Shown: in pieces, positions 38,156 to 50,614 of the stretch
How positions within the stretch are numbered: position 1 is the stretch's first letter
How the letters are laid out: the number at the start of each line of letters is the position of its first letter
Source of the DNA: Halocafeteria seosinensis
Taxonomy: Eukaryota
NCBI GenBank assembly: GCA_001687465.1
Contig: LVLI01000294.1
Coordinates: 124,001 to 188,000, forward strand
Length of the DNA stretch: 64,000 bases
Direction of reading: 5' to 3'
Made by a program: the position numbers and the translations under genes
Notes under the pieces: generated by a model
What the model was told of the DNA's origin: nothing
Databases searched by the model: none
Seen by the model: only the letters and a program-made list of their open reading frames with translations

Positions 38156-38679
38156 TTACTTAAGTTCCTTGCGGACTTTCTCAGAGATCTGTACATCGAA
38201 CGTCGTTCGTGGCGGAAGCCCAGGATAACATGGTTGTATTCAGTCGCTTACCTTCTTCTGGTCTACCATAGCTTTGAATCGATCGAAATCGGTCATTTGG
38301 CGCTTGTTTCTGCGTCGTTCAAGGCGCTTGGCCCAACTGGTGTTGTTCCATTTTCCGAGAATATCGGCTTTATTCCACTCTTTGCAGAGTTTCTTCTGCC
38401 TGCTGTTACGGCCAATATCCACCTTGAAATCAGTCAAGGAGATGCGCTTGAAGTTAATCTGCTGACGATGCACTCCGGTGAGAGCAGTGGGTCCATCGAT
38501 GAGAGCCTGTTGGGAAAGGAGCTAGTCAATAAGCTCAGCCGAGAAAGAGTAAAAGGTGGTTGTTGTCAACTTACTCTGTTGTGGTCTACGACGTCCACGA
38601 TAGTGCACAGCTTCCCCTCGTCAGGTCCATAGTTGATGAGAGCCACACGGCCTATTTCCACGAAACGTGTAAACGACAT
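38156..38679 (-). CDS. RPL14: 60S ribosomal protein eL14 (3 coding exons)
   Basis: [51 protein letters not shown]. Confidence 0.96.
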
Positions 38680-39383
38680 TTTATCTATATGGTCACCTGT
38701 GTGGTGTACAGAGGGCTCTGCAAATCAAGAAGGCGAGCGTAAGCAAAAGCCATCAATAAGTCAACCAACGAATGCCCAATCTGCACCATCCGATGGCACA
38801 CTCAAGACACGACGACGTCCATTCCCGTAGTCCTTCCAACTGTATTCCTAAGCTGTGCTAATATTGGTGTATTAGCGTCCAACAACTCGTGGCGGCACGG
38901 TCCGCGAACTACGCCCAACCTATAGCGACAGAAAGACGGCCCATTGTAGAGCACTTACCCACTGATTATTCCGATAAGTTAGCTTAGGCACCAATGTTCA
39001 TGTGCACAACTCCCCATGCATCAAAATGAGTGATATCTGGTGGAGATTGTAGTTCTGACACCTTGAGGAGACTTGGGTGCAACTCTCATTCCCGGCAACC
39101 GAACCGCTAGGGGAGTGCACAGGGAAGTCTATACCCCTGACATTTTTTGTCGCGCTCTTTCCCACTTTCCTCGACTCGAACATTTGTTTGCACGGTAGTT
39201 CTGGTCTGGACTCGTTGAAGTGGCTCGCAGGGTATCTAGTTCCTCAGATCCCCTTCTATTGGTAGCTTTCTAGTTTAGAAGGAGTATTTTGAGACCTTAG
39301 CACCCTTTGTCCGCCTAAAGGGTTCTTTTCCAATTCTTCCACGTTTTTGTGCATTCGTGTGATCAAGAACAGAATTTGCAACA

Positions 39384-42300
39384 ATGGTAAGTGACGCAGC
39401 CCGAAACAGGAGGGCAAATTGACAGGGGAAGCGCAAGGGGAACCAAAAAGCCTAGGGATAGGGCGGGATATAGCGTCGAGTTCCCCTGTGGCCCCTCTGA
39501 AAAAGCCTTTTTGTCGTTTTACGACACTACTTCTGATTCCATTTCCTCCTTTATCATGCTACTAACTCGCCTTCTTTCTTTTTATTGATCCAGGTGAATT
39601 TCACAGTTGACCAGATGCGGTAAGTTGATTGACATGCTCTGTTTTCGCGGACGCTATGAAGGGCAGAAGTGTGTCGTGCCAGCCCAAAGGGGAAACCGCG
39701 GTGCTGCTCTCTTCTATCTTGAATGGGCATGAGTGGGAAACGGCAAAAGAATGTAGCCTGTTATGTGGGCAGATTCGTGATTAGGGAAGACATGCTCGTG
39801 CCCAACGTTCCTGCATCGTCTTCCAAGACCAGTGAATTTGACGTGGTGTTGAAGACAGAGTGTCACAGTGGTGGATGTTATTTTTTGTTTCTGCAGAGGC
39901 ATCATGGACTTCACGGATAACATCCGTAACATGTCCGTGATTGCACACGTTGACCACGGAAAGTCTACGCTGACTGACTCCCTGGTGTCCAAGGCTGGTA
40001 TTATAGCTTCCTCCAAGGCTGGAGAGGCCCGGTTCACTGACACCCGTGCTGATGAACAAGAACGTGCTATCACCATCAAGTCTACTGGTGTCTCTATGTA
40101 TTTCGAATACGACTTGGCCTATGAACGCAAACTTGACGCAGAAGATGCCGCTGAACGTGGAGAGGCTCCCCCAGTCACTGATATCCGTGAGCAACCTGAG
40201 GATGGCGAAAATATCATCATCAGCAGTGACAAGTCGTTTCTCATCAACTTGATTGACTCCCCGGGTCACGTTGACTTCTCCTCTGAAGTGACTGCCGCTC
40301 TGCGTGTGACCGATGGTGCCCTAGTCGTGGTGGAATGTATTTCGGGTGTCTGTGTGCAGACTGAAACCGTGCTGCGTCAATCTCTTGCCGAGCGTATTCG
40401 CCCTGTGGTGATGTTGAACAAGCTCGATCTTGCCATCCTCTCGATGAAGTTGGAAGCCGAAGAAGCTTACACTCGCTTCCAAAAGACCATTGAAGACGTG
40501 AACGTCATTATCTCTACTTACGGTGGTGAAGAGCTCTCTAAGATTATGAAGTGCGACCTGATGGTGGCTCCTGAGAAGGCGAACGTTGCCTTCGGGTCCG
40601 GTCTCCATGCATGGGGTTTCACGCTCAAGAACTTCGCCAAGGTGTATGCTAACAAGTTGAAAACCACTCGTGGGAAAATGCTCCGCCGTCTCTGGGGCAA
40701 CAACTTCTACAAGAAAGAAGGTGGCAAATGGACGAACAAGAGCGACAACGGGGCCAACAAGCGTGGTTTTGTCAAGTTCATCTACGAACCCATCATGCAA
40801 TTGATGGATGCTTGCATCAACAACCGTGACGAGAAGATCGAGAAGATGCTTAAAGGCATTGATGTCACCCTAAACAGTGACGAGAAGAACTTGAGAGATA
40901 AGCCGTTGATGAAACGTGTAATGCAGAAGTGGTTGCCTGCCGGTGATGCTATTTTGGAGATGATTGTCATGCACCTCCCCTCTCCCAAGGAAGCCCAGAA
41001 GTACAGAGCTTCTCATCTGTATGAGGGACCTGATGATGACGAATGTGGCGTCGCAATGACCAACTGTGATCCTAACGGACCTCTTATGATGTACGTTTCT
41101 AAGATGGTACCAACCAACGATGCCGGTCGCTTCTACGCTTTCGGTCGTGTATTCTCTGGTAAAATCGCCACTGGGCAAAAGGTCCGAATTATGGGCCCTA
41201 ACTACGTACCCGGGAAGAAGACTGAGTTGTGGGTCAAGAACATCCAGCGCACTGTCATCATGATGGGATCCAAGGCGGAACAAGTCAGTGACATCCCTGC
41301 CGGAAACACTTGCGGGTTGGTCGGTGTGGACAATTACTTGTTGAAGAGTGGTACCATCTCCACCTCTGAAGTTGCTCACAACATGAAGATGATGAAATTC
41401 TCTGTGTCCCCAGTTGTCCGTGTGGCTGTAGAATGCAAAAACAACGCTGACTTGCCCAAGCTTATCGAGGGTTTGAAGCGTTTGGCCAAGTCTGACCCAA
41501 TGGTACAAATCACTCAGGAAGAGTCGGGCGAAAACATCATTGCCGGAGCTGGTGAACTCCACTTAGAGATTTGTCTGAAAGATCTCCAGGAAGAGTATAT
41601 GAAGGGCTCTCCCATCAAGATTTCCGAACCTGTAGTATCGTACCGTGAGACCGTTACCGAGGAATCATCTCAGCAGTGTCTGTCGAAGTCTCCGAACAAG
41701 CATAACCGTTTGTTCTGCACAGCTAAACCTATGGCTCAATCTCTGCAAGAAGAAATTGATGAGGGCAAGGTTGTACCCGCTCCTAAGGACCCGAAGGAAC
41801 AGTCCAGATACTTACAGGAGAAACATGACTTTGCGATTGACCCCAAGCGACTTTGGGCTTTCGCACCGGACACAAACGGGCCGAACTTCTTGATCGACCA
41901 GACCCAAGGTGTACAATACTTGAACGAAGTAAAGGAATCAATTAACGCCGGGTTCCAATGGGGTACCAAGAACGGACCGCTGTGTGAAGAACCGTGCCGT
42001 GGTGTAATCCTCCAGGTACTCGATGTTACTTTGCACTCTGATACTATCCATCGTGGAATGGGGCAAATAATGCCTACCGCTCGACGTGTGCTGTTTGCCT
42101 CTATGTACACAGCTAAGCCTACTCTTCTCGAGCCTTACTTCTTGGCTGAAATCGCTGTTCCTCAGGATGAAACTGGTGGTGTTTACTCTACTCTCGCTGT
42201 CCGCCGTGGAGCCGTGCAGGAAGAAAACCCTGTCGAAGGGACACCTATGACCAACATTCGTGCGTTCCTGCCTGTCAACGAGTCCTTCGGGTTCGACAAG

Positions 42301-42483
42301 TTGCTTCGCCAAAACACAGGAGGAAAGGCTTTCCCACAATGCACATTCCACCACTGGGATGTCATGGGTGGAGATCCGTTTGAAGAGGGGAACAAAGTGG
42401 CAGAAATTGTTTCGGCTTCCCGTGAGAGGAAGGGACTTAAGGCCGAAATCCCCTCTTTGGACAACTACATGGACAAGCTTTAA
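39384..42483 (+). CDS. EEF2: Translation elongation factor eEF2 (exons 39384-39386, 39594-39619, 39897-42483)
   Basis: [64 protein letters not shown], diphthamide loop [13 protein letters not shown]-terminus YMDKL. Confidence 0.98.
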
Positions 42484-42571
42484 GAGTAGTTCCTTGTTTG
42501 GAATTCGTTTGTGTATTCCATAGTTGATAAATATGTAACGAAATTGGCTTCATCATTTGCAATTTTATATC

Positions 42572-44558
42572 TTATTCAACCATCTCGGGGTGTGTAGGGA
42601 TAAAGCGTTGTATCGTCCACCTTACAGGTGCACTAACTGTATCACCTTCGACTTCAGTGGATGACAGAAGAACGGCAAGCGATGCCGCAAACAAAAGCCC
42701 CTCCCCATACGGCACAGATTCAAGTAGCCTGTGGTGAAAATATCATGTGTTCCCGTTTCGAGACACATACCACAGCTCAGTCATACCTTCTCTTCTTCAA
42801 GATTTTCCATAATGCGTCGATAGCCCGTGGCAAGACGTAGAGCGCCAACTCCGCCCGTTTGCTCTTCCTCTCTATCAGCAGAGAGGTCCCAGCGATGAAT
42901 CCCCCGACTGCGTAGACAGCACGGTTTTCTCTGGTAGCATAAAGGCGCTGCAAAGCAACAACTGGTCGATTAGAAGCGAAACTGGCTCCGTTCATAGTGC
43001 CCTCTTACGTGAATATCGAAAACCGCCATGTACATTGCCACAAAGACTCCCAGAAACGTAGTGCTCCGCACAGTGCCCAAAAATGCATCTTTGAGCCATT
43101 TTCCAGGTCTGAACCTCCACTAAGGTGAATATCTTAACATCAGATACAGCAAAAAGCAAGGGTTACATACCTTTGGGAAACGTATCTCAAACGGAGGACC
43201 AAAGGAGGCACAAAGTTTAGTGCTGAGTAAATGGCCAACACCCGTCGCGCAGCATCAACAAAAGTGTGAATCCACTGAAAGATAAGTATCGACTGTCGCG
43301 GGTGAGCGACAGAAGACGGAATAAGATTCATCTTTGACCACCCGCCTTCAGAGGGCCAGGGTATTTGGCTCTCGTCAACCTTTGACGGGGCGTTAATAGC
43401 CGTTAGCGTAATCGGAAATCCAAACGCACGTAGTAATACCCAGAATCCCCGGCGGATCTCGTACCACCAGTCAAAGCTACCGTTTCTACCAAACACCTGT
43501 AACCAATCTGGACGATTCTTGAGACAATACTCTAAAATTTCCTGCGTTTTCACAGAGCCATGTTGCATTAAGTTCCTCACTGCATTGAGTACAGGAGTGC
43601 GAATAGGTCCCGTTTTCAAGATGAATTTCTCATACGAAGGCGGAAGGGCACCGCCGTGTACTATGAACGCATACATGACCTGAGCAGACCCTAGTGAAAA
43701 CAAAAGCAAATCTCCATGTCCTCCCAACCAATCCCCATGCTGAACATTGTATTCGGGCTCAAGGTGAGCAGCATCCCGCAATGGTCTCCAATGCCACACA
43801 AACCCTCTATTCTTGGACACGTTGTACAATGTTTGTAACGCGCGCGCCATAGCATAAAGACTGATCGTTCGTCGAGATTCCTTATCTAACCAGAAGAGGC
43901 TTCCACTAGAGCATAGAGCAGCCGCGCTACTAGCTACTCGAACCCTTTGTATTGCATTTTCTTCGCTTTCACTACCGAGAATAGAGCAGAACTTCCGTCC
44001 TAATCCATTCTCTGTCCAATATTGTCCCAGCCTTTGCAGTGCATGCAATAGAATCTCCCTCACCGCGAAATAAGAACTAGAAAAAGATGCGATAAACAGT
44101 GCCCACCGAAAGGCACTCACTCGAACGTGTACATGCGCTTCGCTTACAAGCCCCTCCAACGTTAACGAGATTCCACCGGTAGAGAACCACTTCCGGAGGA
44201 CTGTGAACAATCGGCCGGCTATGGCTATACCTGCTCTGACGTTGTACGCGAGAACAAAATTGCGCCCAAATATCCTCAGCATTTTTTGGAGAATAGGTCT
44301 GATAACATGTTTCCACTCCTGTCTACCCTCTCCATTCGGGTGTCCCAATGCGGAGCCCGTCGAGGAAACATTGTTGTTCGTATCGTTGTTGTCGGCACCA
44401 TCGTTGGCATCCTGGTCGTTCTCTTCATCAGCACCACTGCTGACAAACGAGGGCGATGACCACGTGGTTTCTGAAAAAGCAGAGCGCTCGTACGGCTGGG
44501 GAGCTTCTGAAGTATCCTCCTCCCCGGCGCGGTTGGAGGTATCAACATGACCGTTCAT
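42572..44558 (-). CDS. TMEM135: TMEM135-family membrane protein (multi-exon)
   Basis: RRTISLYAMARA, HGDLLLFSLGSAQVMYAF, LGTVRSTTFLG, SLLIERKSKRAELALYVLPRA are TMEM135-type motifs. Confidence 0.85.
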
Positions 44559-44807
44559 TCTTCCACTCTGCCCTACCTACCATGCTACCTAAATTTCAAA
44601 CAACATGTGCAATAGCACACTTGGTACAACAAACCTAGCAATACTACCTATACAAAGACTGTATCCCCGTGAAGGCCCTGAACTTCCTGAAAGGCCCTTA
44701 GTTCACATCATAACAAGCCACCGTTGAATTATAAGTATTGATTTTTTGTACCCAAGGTGTCCTGGAGTATTTATTGTGGAAGATACTCTCTACGAAGCAA
44801 GTTCGTG

Positions 44808-46053
44808 ATGCCAAAGAAAGGAAAACATAAAGGAGGAGGAAGAGGAAGTGGCTCCTCTCAGACTAAACACAGTGGACGAGGAGGTGGCGGCGGATGTGGA
44901 CATGGAGGGTCAAGGAGAGCAAGATTTGCTGCACCTGACGCCGGCACTTATGAAGGGTCCTTTGTTGAACGCAACGAGAGTAGCGACGATGAAGAGGAAA
45001 AAGAGACTGAAGAAATTCCGGACTCGGAACGCATGGACATCCCTCTGCGAATGTGGGACTTTGAACAATGTGATGCCAAACGATGCACGGGCAGGAAATT
45101 ACAAAGATTAGGTAGGTTCCCTTTTCGTGTAAGAGACCTGGAAGCCCGTTGTGCTTACATTCAGAAGTGGCTACAGGATACTTGGAAGCGATGAAACCGA
45201 ATACCCCGTTTCACGGCATTGTACTCTCTTCAGCTGGAAAGAAACCAGTGTCCAAAGAGGATGCTGTAAGTGGTTTCGAGTTAATAGCCCATGTTGCATT
45301 TTTCCCTAGCTTATGGCTCCTTTTGACATGGTACAGGATGTAATAAGGAAGTGTGGAATCAGCGTTATTGACTGCTCTTGGGCCAAAATAGACACGATAC
45401 CATTCCAGAAGCTGAAAGGACAACCTCGTTTACTGCCTCATGTGGTGGCGGCGAACTCTGTAAATTATGGGAAACCGTTCAAATTGAGCTGCGCAGAAGC
45501 CATTGCGGCAGCGCTGTATATTGCTGGATTTACAGATCAAGCAGTCTCGGTGTTAGAGCCGTTCGGATGGGGAGAAGAGTTCTTTCATCTCAACAAAGCA
45601 GCTCTGGATGCGTACGAAAATGCATCTAACGCAGAGGAGGTAGAAAGAGCTCAAGAACAATATCTCAGGGAAATCCAGAAGGAGCAAGAAGCAAGGGCGG
45701 AAGCCAAAGCAGCCGCCAGTGCTGCCTCAGGTGACTACCTGGCAGGCATTGATCTGCCTCCCACCGATTCTGATTCAGAGGAAAGCGGTTCTCCAACCGA
45801 AGAGCATGGAGAAGAAAACCACCATCAAGAGAAAGGAGAAAACTATGCAGAAGAAAGCGTCACCATGCGCAGTGGAGATGCTACTTTGACTATAACGCCA
45901 GCGGTATTAGCTGCCTGGAATTCCTCTGAGTCGACGGCCCATGCAGAAGACACGTCGGGCCTTGAAACTGCTATGGATAAAGTCCACATCGACGAACAAC
46001 ACTTTGCCATCAAGGGGGATAGGCCGCTTCACTCCAATGAAAGTACAAGCTAG
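44808..46053 (+). CDS. TSR3: 18S rRNA aminocarboxypropyltransferase (multi-exon)
   Basis: LRMWDFEQCDAKRCTGRKL, VIDCSWA, RLLPHVVAANSVNYGKPFKLSCAEAIAA, FGWGEEF. Confidence 0.95.
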
Positions 46054-46072
46054 GGGCTTCCAATTCCGTATG

Positions 46073-47701
46073 TTAGTCGCTATCCTCTTGCTCCGAGGTT
46101 TCGGCAGAGCCATTCTGCTGTGCTGCCTGTGTAGGCGTTGTACGAGTGTCTTCGATGGAGACCCCTAAGTGGATAATGCGGATGCCGTTCTTCACTTTTG
46201 GAATGCGCCACCATCTGCCCAAACGATGCTCTTGACCAATTCCAGCAACAAGAAACTTCCCCGACGGTGCAAAGACAAGGCCGTTAACGAAGCCTTGCAC
46301 TGGTATACTTCCGATGTGTGTTATCCCTCGATCCTCAGGCTTACAGCTAACCCTCCAAAACCGTATATAACCATCGCCACTACCCGACACCGCCAAGTCA
46401 GAGTTACGAAGAACCGCAAGGGAGGCGATCCAATTTCCTTCGCCGTGCGCATGTTCCACGGTGTCTACCGGCTTCTTTCGTCCTGCGTTCCACAAACTGA
46501 TACTACCATCTTGTGCACCGGTAAGGAACCATGAATCGTTGACACATTTAATACAGTCGAGGCTCATGCTCTGTGCATGTCCCCGATATACTAGTTGACT
46601 AGATTCGGGGATCTTCCACAAACGCGCTGTCCTATCCAGCCCAACTGATAGAGCACGCTCTTTTCCAGAAGGAACTGAATCCACTGCATGAACTCCTGTC
46701 TGATGCCCAAACAATGTGTCTACATAAGCTCCTTCTGCAACGCTCCATATTTTGAGAGTCCTGTCAAGCGAGCTGGTAAATAACGTCGTGGAATTCCGCT
46801 GGAACTCCATCCCTGTAATATCATGTCGGTGCCCGACAAACGAATCTACTTCCTGATGGTGTCGTGGATCCCAGATCCGAACAACTCGGTCCCTTCCACC
46901 ACTTGCAATATATTTATTATCGGCTGAAACCGCAATAGCAAGAATTTCTTCATGGTGCCCCTCTATCCCATAATTTTCAATCGCTCCACTCGCTCGTCCA
47001 CCTCCTGTCCCAGCTGCCGCCGTCAAACCCCGGCGCGTCTGTTTTTTAGTCTCAGCAAGCCGCTTATCCCGTTTCGTCTTTCTCCTTCCGGGGAACTTCC
47101 AACGCTTTCCGGTACTGATATCCCATTTCATGATCATACAATCTTTAGCACCGGTATATACAGTAGTCTCGTCCTTGCTCAAGGTAACGCTAGTGACTGA
47201 AAGCTGGTGACCTTTCATTGTTGTCATCTCCAAACTTTGTAGTCTCTGTTCAATCAAGGAAGCGAAATTCGATCCCAAATATCCCTTTGTCGCTAAAGCA
47301 TCCTCTTTTAGCCGAGAGCTTATGCGTTCTTGCACTTTATGGTATTGAGAGGCGCCTACCTCTTCTTCTCCACTATCGTCATCCCCTTGATCCTCCTTTC
47401 CCTCTTCCATGGCCTCCAATCGAGCCAAATACTGTTTCGCGAGTCGTATACGCTTTTCTTCGGCTGATTCGCTTCTGTTATTTTCTTCATCGTCCTGTTC
47501 ATTCCCTGACCTCCTCTTCTTGGTTGTCTGTTGTTGTAACTCTTCTTCCTCGGCGCCACTACTAGCTTCCTCGTCACTGCTGATTTCATCATCCTCTTGC
47601 GCCGGACCTAATCGCTCTAAACCACCTCCATTAAGATGATGTCCACCTCCTACGCTCCCCGAATGAGCTTTGCGTTTATTCGGTCTCTTGCGAGCCGACA
47701 T
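46073..47701 (-). CDS. RRP9: U3 snoRNP WD40 protein U3-55K
   Basis: ESAEEKRIRLAKQYL, WD40 repeats, YVDTLFGHQ, VAGIGQEHRLGRWW. Confidence 0.95.
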   Translation of the reverse strand: MSARKRPNKRKAHSGSVGGGHHLNGGGLERLGPAQEDDEISSDEEASSGAEEEELQQQTTKKRRSGNEQDDEENNRSESAEEKRIRLAKQYLARLEAMEEGKEDQGDDDSGEEEVGASQYHKVQERISSRLKEDALATKGYLGSNFASLIEQRLQSLEMTTMKGHQLSVTSVTLSKDETTVYTGAKDCMIMKWDISTGKRWKFPGRRKTKRDKRLAETKKQTRRGLTAAAGTGGGRASGAIENYGIEGHHEEILAIAVSADNKYIASGGRDRVVRIWDPRHHQEVDSFVGHRHDITGMEFQRNSTTLFTSSLDRTLKIWSVAEGAYVDTLFGHQTGVHAVDSVPSGKERALSVGLDRTARLWKIPESSQLVYRGHAQSMSLDCIKCVNDSWFLTGAQDGSISLWNAGRKKPVDTVEHAHGEGNWIASLAVLRNSDLAVSGSGDGYIRFWRVSCKPEDRGITHIGSIPVQGFVNGLVFAPSGKFLVAGIGQEHRLGRWWRIPKVKNGIRIIHLGVSIEDTRTTPTQAAQQNGSAETSEQEDSD

Positions 47702-48140
47702 ATCTCTCCTACTTATATCAACTGTATCAATTTGACTCTTCACTCCCTGTTTCTATGTATACACACCCAAAATGCCTCTTGATGTGAGGTTGAGGGGACT
47801 TCCCAAACAATTAGTGGTTTATTGTTCCATTACCTCACCACATAGCAAGTTTTTCCACACACACACATTTACCGAGGTCTTCCATTACATCCATCCATTG
47901 CAGGTGTGCCTATGTAACCACCTCCATCGTTCGTGTATAGGCCATAGACTAGTATGGTGTCACCTCAAGAAAACATCCGTCGACTCGCTCCGTCTCACCA
48001 GAGGACCTCTACTTGTACTGCGTATTACAGAATAAGTTTTGAGTATATGTACTCAATTCCAATTGCATAGCATCGATGTTTGATTTTAGTATCTGCTAAT
48101 TTAGCTTCTGCTTGTATACCGTACACAGAGAGCTCATATA

Positions 48141-49998
48141 ATGCCGCCAAAGAAAGGCAGCGCCGGCTTCAAGAAGGGAGCCTCGTCTGATAATGTAGAT
48201 CGTGTGGCCAAGAAGAATGACACCAGTAAGCGAGACAAGTCCACCATCCAGCGCCTCCAGATGTATCGGAAAGGAGGCCCGAAACGAAACAGAGATGGGA
48301 AAATCTTGGACGGTAATTTCGTCGGCAAGGAGAGAGCAGGCGAAAAACCCATCTCAGGTGCTACAGGGCGTGTTCAACCGGATAGGCGATGGTTTGGTAA
48401 TACACGAGTTGTGGGACAGAAAGAACTTGATGTTTTCCGGGATGAGATGAACAAAAAGATGTCGGATCCCTACTCGGTAGTCCTCAAGACCAAGAAACTA
48501 CCCATGGGGTTATTGACGGACTCCCAAAAGAAAGCGAAAATGAACAACTTATCTGCGGAGAGCTTCCGAGAAACATTTGGACCGAAGAAACAGAGAAAGC
48601 GGCCCAAGTTGCAGGTATCCAACTTGAGCTCTTTTGCGGCAGGTGCGCAGGAAGCCGTGGAGTCGTATGATCAGACCAAGGATGGTCATGATCAAGACAC
48701 CGAAACGGCATCGGGGATGGCGGAGAAGCAAGAAGCACGAGCAGCAATTTTCGAGAAAGGGCAGAGTCGCCGGATCTGGAATGAATTATACAAAGTATTA
48801 GATTGTAGTGATGTAGTCATTCAGGTTTTGGATGCTCGTGATCCTGTTGGCACCAGAAGCAAACACGTGGAGCAACATATACAAAAGAATGCCAGGCATA
48901 AACAGTTGATATTTGTTCTTAACAAATGTGATCTGATCCCCACAGCCGTAACAAAGAGATGGGTCGCGCGTCTCTCAGAAGAATACCCTACGTTAGCATT
49001 TCATGCGAGTTTGAAGAACCCTTTCGGAAAGGGGAGTCTGATCCAGCTGCTCCGACAATTTGGCAAACTTCACAAAGACAAGAAACAGATTAGCGTAGGC
49101 CTCATTGGATACCCGAATGTTGGGAAGAGCAGCGTCATCAATGCTCTCCGTTCGAAGAAAGTGTGCAAGGTAGCACCCATCCCCGGAGAAACAAAAGTAT
49201 GGCAATACATCACTTTAATGAAACGCATCTTCCTTATTGATTGCCCGGGAGTTGTATATGACACCGGAGACGATGAGGCAACCATTGTATTAAAGGGCGT
49301 TGTCCGCGCTGAAAAACTGGAACACCCAGAAGTAAGTGAGAGCCATCCTTGGCAAGTGTTATTGCTCCGTAATCCCCTTATCAACAATTCTCCTGCAGGA
49401 CTATATTGACGCCCTCCTACAGAGGACAAATAAAGAGTATTTAGTCAGGACGTACCAGGTCTCTGGCTGGAACAATGGTACAGAGTTCCTCGAGAAGCTA
49501 GCCCGCCGAACGGGCAAATTGCTGAAAGGTGGGGAACCAGACTACAGCACAGTGGCCAAGATGGTTATCAATGACTGGCAAAGAGGCAAACTACCATGGT
49601 TTGTTCCTCCCTCTGAGGAGGAGCGCAAAACCAACCGCGAGAACAACACACAAAATAAAGACGGACAGTTATCTGTTGAACCTCAAGATTACGAAAAGCT
49701 TAGATCGGTCAGTTGGAAAGCGACCAGCGAGGCTGTCCCTTCAACGGATGAAACCGGCAGTGAGAACGTAACAGCTGAAGAAGGAAGCAAACAGACAGAG
49801 GAAATGCATGAAATAGAAGAAGATGGTGATGGAAGAAGTCGCGATGACGCGGAGGAGGACTCAACAGAAGGAGGTATGGTTCAAGCGCAGCAGCAGGAAG
49901 ACGAGAGTGACGAAGACAGTGACGAGGATGATGTATCAGAGGACCAAGATGACGATAACGCTGACAATCTCTTTGATAGTTTAGATGTTGAGGACTGA
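48141..49998 (+). CDS. NOG2: Nucleolar circularly permuted GTPase Nog2/GNL2 (intron ~49332-49399)
   Basis: [61 protein letters not shown] segment, [24 protein letters not shown]. Confidence 0.96.
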
Positions 49999-50614
49999 GA
50001 TATTGTGCAACCGTGAATGACTCAGGAGACCACGTCCGATGAAATTATATTGGCCAGTACAGGTTGCGCCACACCGTTGCATTGCTTGACTCGTTGACGA
50101 GAAGCAATAAAAACACCATTCCTTGATATTCTTTACTGAATTTTCACTACCATAATTGATAAACTTATTTCATCCAAGCGTAGGATTTGAATTCCTGGAG
50201 TTCCATCCTGAGTCCTCGTGCGAGCACTCGCAACAGAGATGGCAAGAAGTTGAAGTTAGAGTCACCCCCACGATAACTCCTCCAGTATGCACAGGCAGAT
50301 CAGAAGGGAGTTTTGTCTTTTCAGGACTTCCCCCGAGCGCGAGAAGTACATATCTTGTTGAATAGGAACGCGAATGGTTAAGACACAGTAATACAGTAAA
50401 TACTCTGGGGTCGAACTGCTCGTCGCGCGCGATTTTTGCACCTAACGGACAGGGATTGCCACGTACCTAAGCTATACACTGTTTTCCAGTCGCCCCCTGG
50501 GTGTAAAAGTGTGCCGATTCCACTCCCTACCTAGGGAAAACTGGCTTCAGTTAGTTGCGGCAGGGCAGTGAGTGTCTACAGGGAATTGAACATTCGCGAC
50601 CGAAGGGATCCACG

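Noticed and set aside
39714..42464. Long antisense ORFs over EEF2 and other genes
   Set aside because: An expected by-product of biased codon usage in highly expressed genes.
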